Positions 49,866-52,029 of a DNA stretch of 52,029 nt are shown here, piece after piece; the first letter of the stretch is position 1; each line of letters starts with the position of its first letter. The position numbers and the translations under genes were made by a program. This DNA is from an uncultured Pseudomonadota bacterium (GTDB taxonomy: Bacteria; SAR324; NAC60-12): the NCBI GenBank assembly GCA_913020725.1, contig CAJWCD010000007.1, positions 1-52,029 on the forward strand, in the 5' to 3' direction. Below the pieces are notes generated by a model that was not told where the DNA came from, ran no database searches, and worked only from the letters and a program-made list of their open reading frames with translations.

Positions 49866-49877
49866 TTCCTCCCTCAT

Positions 49878-49897
49878 CTCAGCGTCCTCTGCGGTGA
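49878..49897. repeat. Half copy (right arm) of the 9-bp-period REP-like element
   Basis: CTCAGCGTCCTCTGCGGTGA, approximately the reverse complement of the arms at 14733 and 27954. Confidence 0.55.
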
Positions 49898-49902
49898 GTT
49901 GC

Positions 49903-51477
49903 TTAGAAGTGATACAACACCCGAGCGGCAGTGTGCGTGATCATTTTTGTGATGCCCAGTGCAGTGCTGTGGTCATCGTAGGCAAAAGCGCGACCTGCCA
50001 AAAACAGGTTGATGTCAATGTGAGCCTGAACATGCGGAGTGAGCTTGAAGGAGAAGGTGTTGTCCCACTCAATGCCAATGTCCTTCACCGAATTGCCTTT
50101 GGTGTTCGTGACCGCAAGGTTGCGCTTGAGTTGGTAGAGGCCAAAGCGGTAGCTAAAATCCTCTTCCGGGATGTTGTAGCGGTAGCGAAGTCCGGTCATG
50201 CGGGTGTTGTTGATTGAATGTCCAAGTCCGGTGCCGCTGTTCAAATTTGTACTGCCGCCGTTGAAATAGAACTGGGTGCCCCCGTAGGAACCGGGCATGA
50301 TCTCGAAGTAGCCCTTCAAGGTACGAGCATGATTGGCCTGCGTGTCGCCAAAATCCTCGTCCCCGCTGGCGTAGAGGAAGACTAGCGTGGTCGCGTGAAT
50401 GTTGTCACGGTAAGTCAGTTCCAGTTCGGCGGCCCGGCCCGTCAACTTGTATGACGTCAGGGTTTGCCGCTGGTTGTACTTGTAGTAGCGGCGGTTGCCG
50501 AAGTTGTTGACTAGATCGAGGTAGAACTCAAAATTCGGAGTCTCCCAAAGCAACCGCAACCCAAAGTACTCCTGCCCGTGCGCGTGGTAGAAGAGCGGGG
50601 TGTAGTCACTCCCCTTGTTCCAAACGGCGTACCCGGGCCAACGATTGGCGGCAGTCCAAGAACTAGGCACGGTCATGTTATCCGGGAGACTGCGGGGCAC
50701 GTTGTTGAGTCCCACCGGAATGTCGTGTTCGGTGTACTTGATCCGGAAGAGTTCCACACGAAGGATGTTGATCGGCTTCCCGTTGGCATCGACCTCGTAG
50801 AAAAACGGATAGTCGAGTGAGAGGTAGTAGAGCCAATCGCCTCCGGCACTGGCAAGCCGCATGCCGCCCAATTGGTAGCACCACGTTCCGGCTCGACACT
50901 CCGGTTGCGAAATGCCGGTGAGGACACCATTGAACACTTTGCCGCGTCGGTCTCCGATGTTGACCTCCTGCTTGCCGAAACGGAGCGTGTTGCGCGGATT
51001 GAACTTGAGGTCGAGGTACACCTGCCGTGCCGAAACTGAAGCCTCCTGTCCATCCGCGCCTTGTGCCCAAGTGCTGCGGTTGCGACGTAAGTTGGCGTTG
51101 TGCCAGGGACTTTGCCCGGTGGCAAGTTCCAAGTTGAGCGTGGAGGTCCGGTGAACCGTGGACTTGAGGTGCAGCCGCAGATCGTGATCCATCGCCACAT
51201 CTTCGGGTGTGTTGCGCCCCGGCAGACTTGCCGGGAAACTGCTACCCTGAATCGTGCTCATGCGGAAGCGGTAATCCCCGGAAAGCTCCACTCCAGGCGA
51301 GAACATGAGTTTTTCCTCGCGCTCCTCGTAATCCCCGCGCTCCAGCGGGATGAAGTTGGTTTGGGCAAGGAGGGCAAACGGGAGGGCACAAAACAGCAGC
51401 GCCAGCGTCAGTCGATGAAGGATTCCGGACACGAAAGCAGGAAAGTGAGTGGGCAGAAAGCGATGATTTGGCGACAA
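49903..51477 (-). CDS. Probable outer-membrane beta-barrel protein
   Basis: Signal-peptide-like N-terminus, alternating aromatic/hydrophobic strands (LSGDYRFR, VYLDLKF...LRFGKQ, DIGIEWD), and a C-terminal YHF BAM-type signal. Confidence 0.65.
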   Translation of the reverse strand: MSPNHRFLPTHFPAFVSGILHRLTLALLFCALPFALLAQTNFIPLERGDYEEREEKLMFSPGVELSGDYRFRMSTIQGSSFPASLPGRNTPEDVAMDHDLRLHLKSTVHRTSTLNLELATGQSPWHNANLRRNRSTWAQGADGQEASVSARQVYLDLKFNPRNTLRFGKQEVNIGDRRGKVFNGVLTGISQPECRAGTWCYQLGGMRLASAGGDWLYYLSLDYPFFYEVDANGKPINILRVELFRIKYTEHDIPVGLNNVPRSLPDNMTVPSSWTAANRWPGYAVWNKGSDYTPLFYHAHGQEYFGLRLLWETPNFEFYLDLVNNFGNRRYYKYNQRQTLTSYKLTGRAAELELTYRDNIHATTLVFLYASGDEDFGDTQANHARTLKGYFEIMPGSYGGTQFYFNGGSTNLNSGTGLGHSINNTRMTGLRYRYNIPEEDFSYRFGLYQLKRNLAVTNTKGNSVKDIGIEWDNTFSFKLTPHVQAHIDINLFLAGRAFAYDDHSTALGITKMITHTAARVLYHF

Positions 51478-51581
51478 CTTACGGTACAGAAGTAAACTTA
51501 CAAAAAATACGGGATTTGCTCCGCAGGTTCAAGTGCTTTCGCCGAGCTGCCCACGCCGAGGCCAGCAGGCCAGCAAGATCT

Positions 51582-52029
51582 TTAAGGGGTTGGGCGTTTG
51601 TGTGCTGCGCGGTAGAGTTTGAGATACTTGTGGGCGGAGGCGGTCCACGAGAAGCGTTTGCGCATGGCCCGGCGTTGGAGGGTGCGCAGGTGCGGGCGAC
51701 GGTACTGCCACGTTTCCAGCACCCAATTGAGCGTGCCCAGCAGGGCTTCTGAAGTGGGGTCGTGGAAGACGAAACCAGTGCCGTCCCCGGAGTTAGGATT
51801 GTAGTTGACAACGGTATTCTTGAGACCTCCCACTGACCGGACGATGGGCAAGGTTCCGTAGCGCAAGCTGTAGATCTGATTGAGGCCGCAGGGTTCGTAG
51901 AGCGAAGGCATGAGGAAAAAATCAGACCCCGCCTCAATGAGGTGGGCGAGCGGGTCGTTATAGCCGTGAAGCCAGCCCAGCCGTCCGGGGTGGCTTGCTG
52001 CCAGTCGGTCCAGTGCTTGCCGGAGGTGC
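51582..52029 (-). CDS. glgA: Glycogen synthase, 3' part (gene continues beyond the window)
   Basis: GYNDPLAHLIEAGSDFFLMPSLYEPCGLNQIYSLRYGTLPIVR.VGGL, GTGF, FSW..SA..Y..LY. Confidence 0.93.
   Translation of the reverse strand, partial: HLRQALDRLAASHPGRLGWLHGYNDPLAHLIEAGSDFFLMPSLYEPCGLNQIYSLRYGTLPIVRSVGGLKNTVVNYNPNSGDGTGFVFHDPTSEALLGTLNWVLETWQYRRPHLRTLQRRAMRKRFSWTASAHKYLKLYRAAHKRPTP

Overview
Gene-dense bacterial chromosomal window; the gene mix suggests a deltaproteobacteria-like lineage such as SAR324, which is inference only. Left to right: a small + strand operon (HDAC-family amidohydrolase, homocysteine S-methyltransferase family, ATL/MGMT protein); a rearranged cobalt-early cobalamin cluster (cobA, cbiD, cobK, cobM, cbiG-cobJ fusion, cobI, cobL, cobH, cbiX, cobU, cbiB, PduO-type adenosyltransferase) with a truncated cobN stub, an oppositely oriented recQ and two toxin-antitoxin-like cassettes whose putative toxins are both frameshifted; a long - strand run (caiD, fdhD, Rieske oxygenase alpha/beta, phaR-like, gatB, ccmCDE, ntrY-like kinase, tandem-repeat protein, pyrG, LptA-like, FKBP, receiver-LpxC fusion, nusB); an AT-richer L-rhamnose-type uptake/oxidation island with a PhyH-family dioxygenase; then a kinase-like pseudoenzyme, engB, ndk, hisH, hisB, a probable outer-membrane barrel and the 3' end of glgA. 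The most striking feature is an NtrX-type receiver domain fused to an apparently catalytically complete LpxC, downstream of an NtrY-type kinase that has no conventional NtrX partner in the window. This suggests direct two-component control of the committed step of lipid A synthesis. Also notable are a palindromic element inserted in frame in cobU and strong over-representation of the hexamer TCCGGA. No rRNA, tRNA, CRISPR array, integrase or transposase was recognised. All calls come from reading motifs by eye; no database searches were run.
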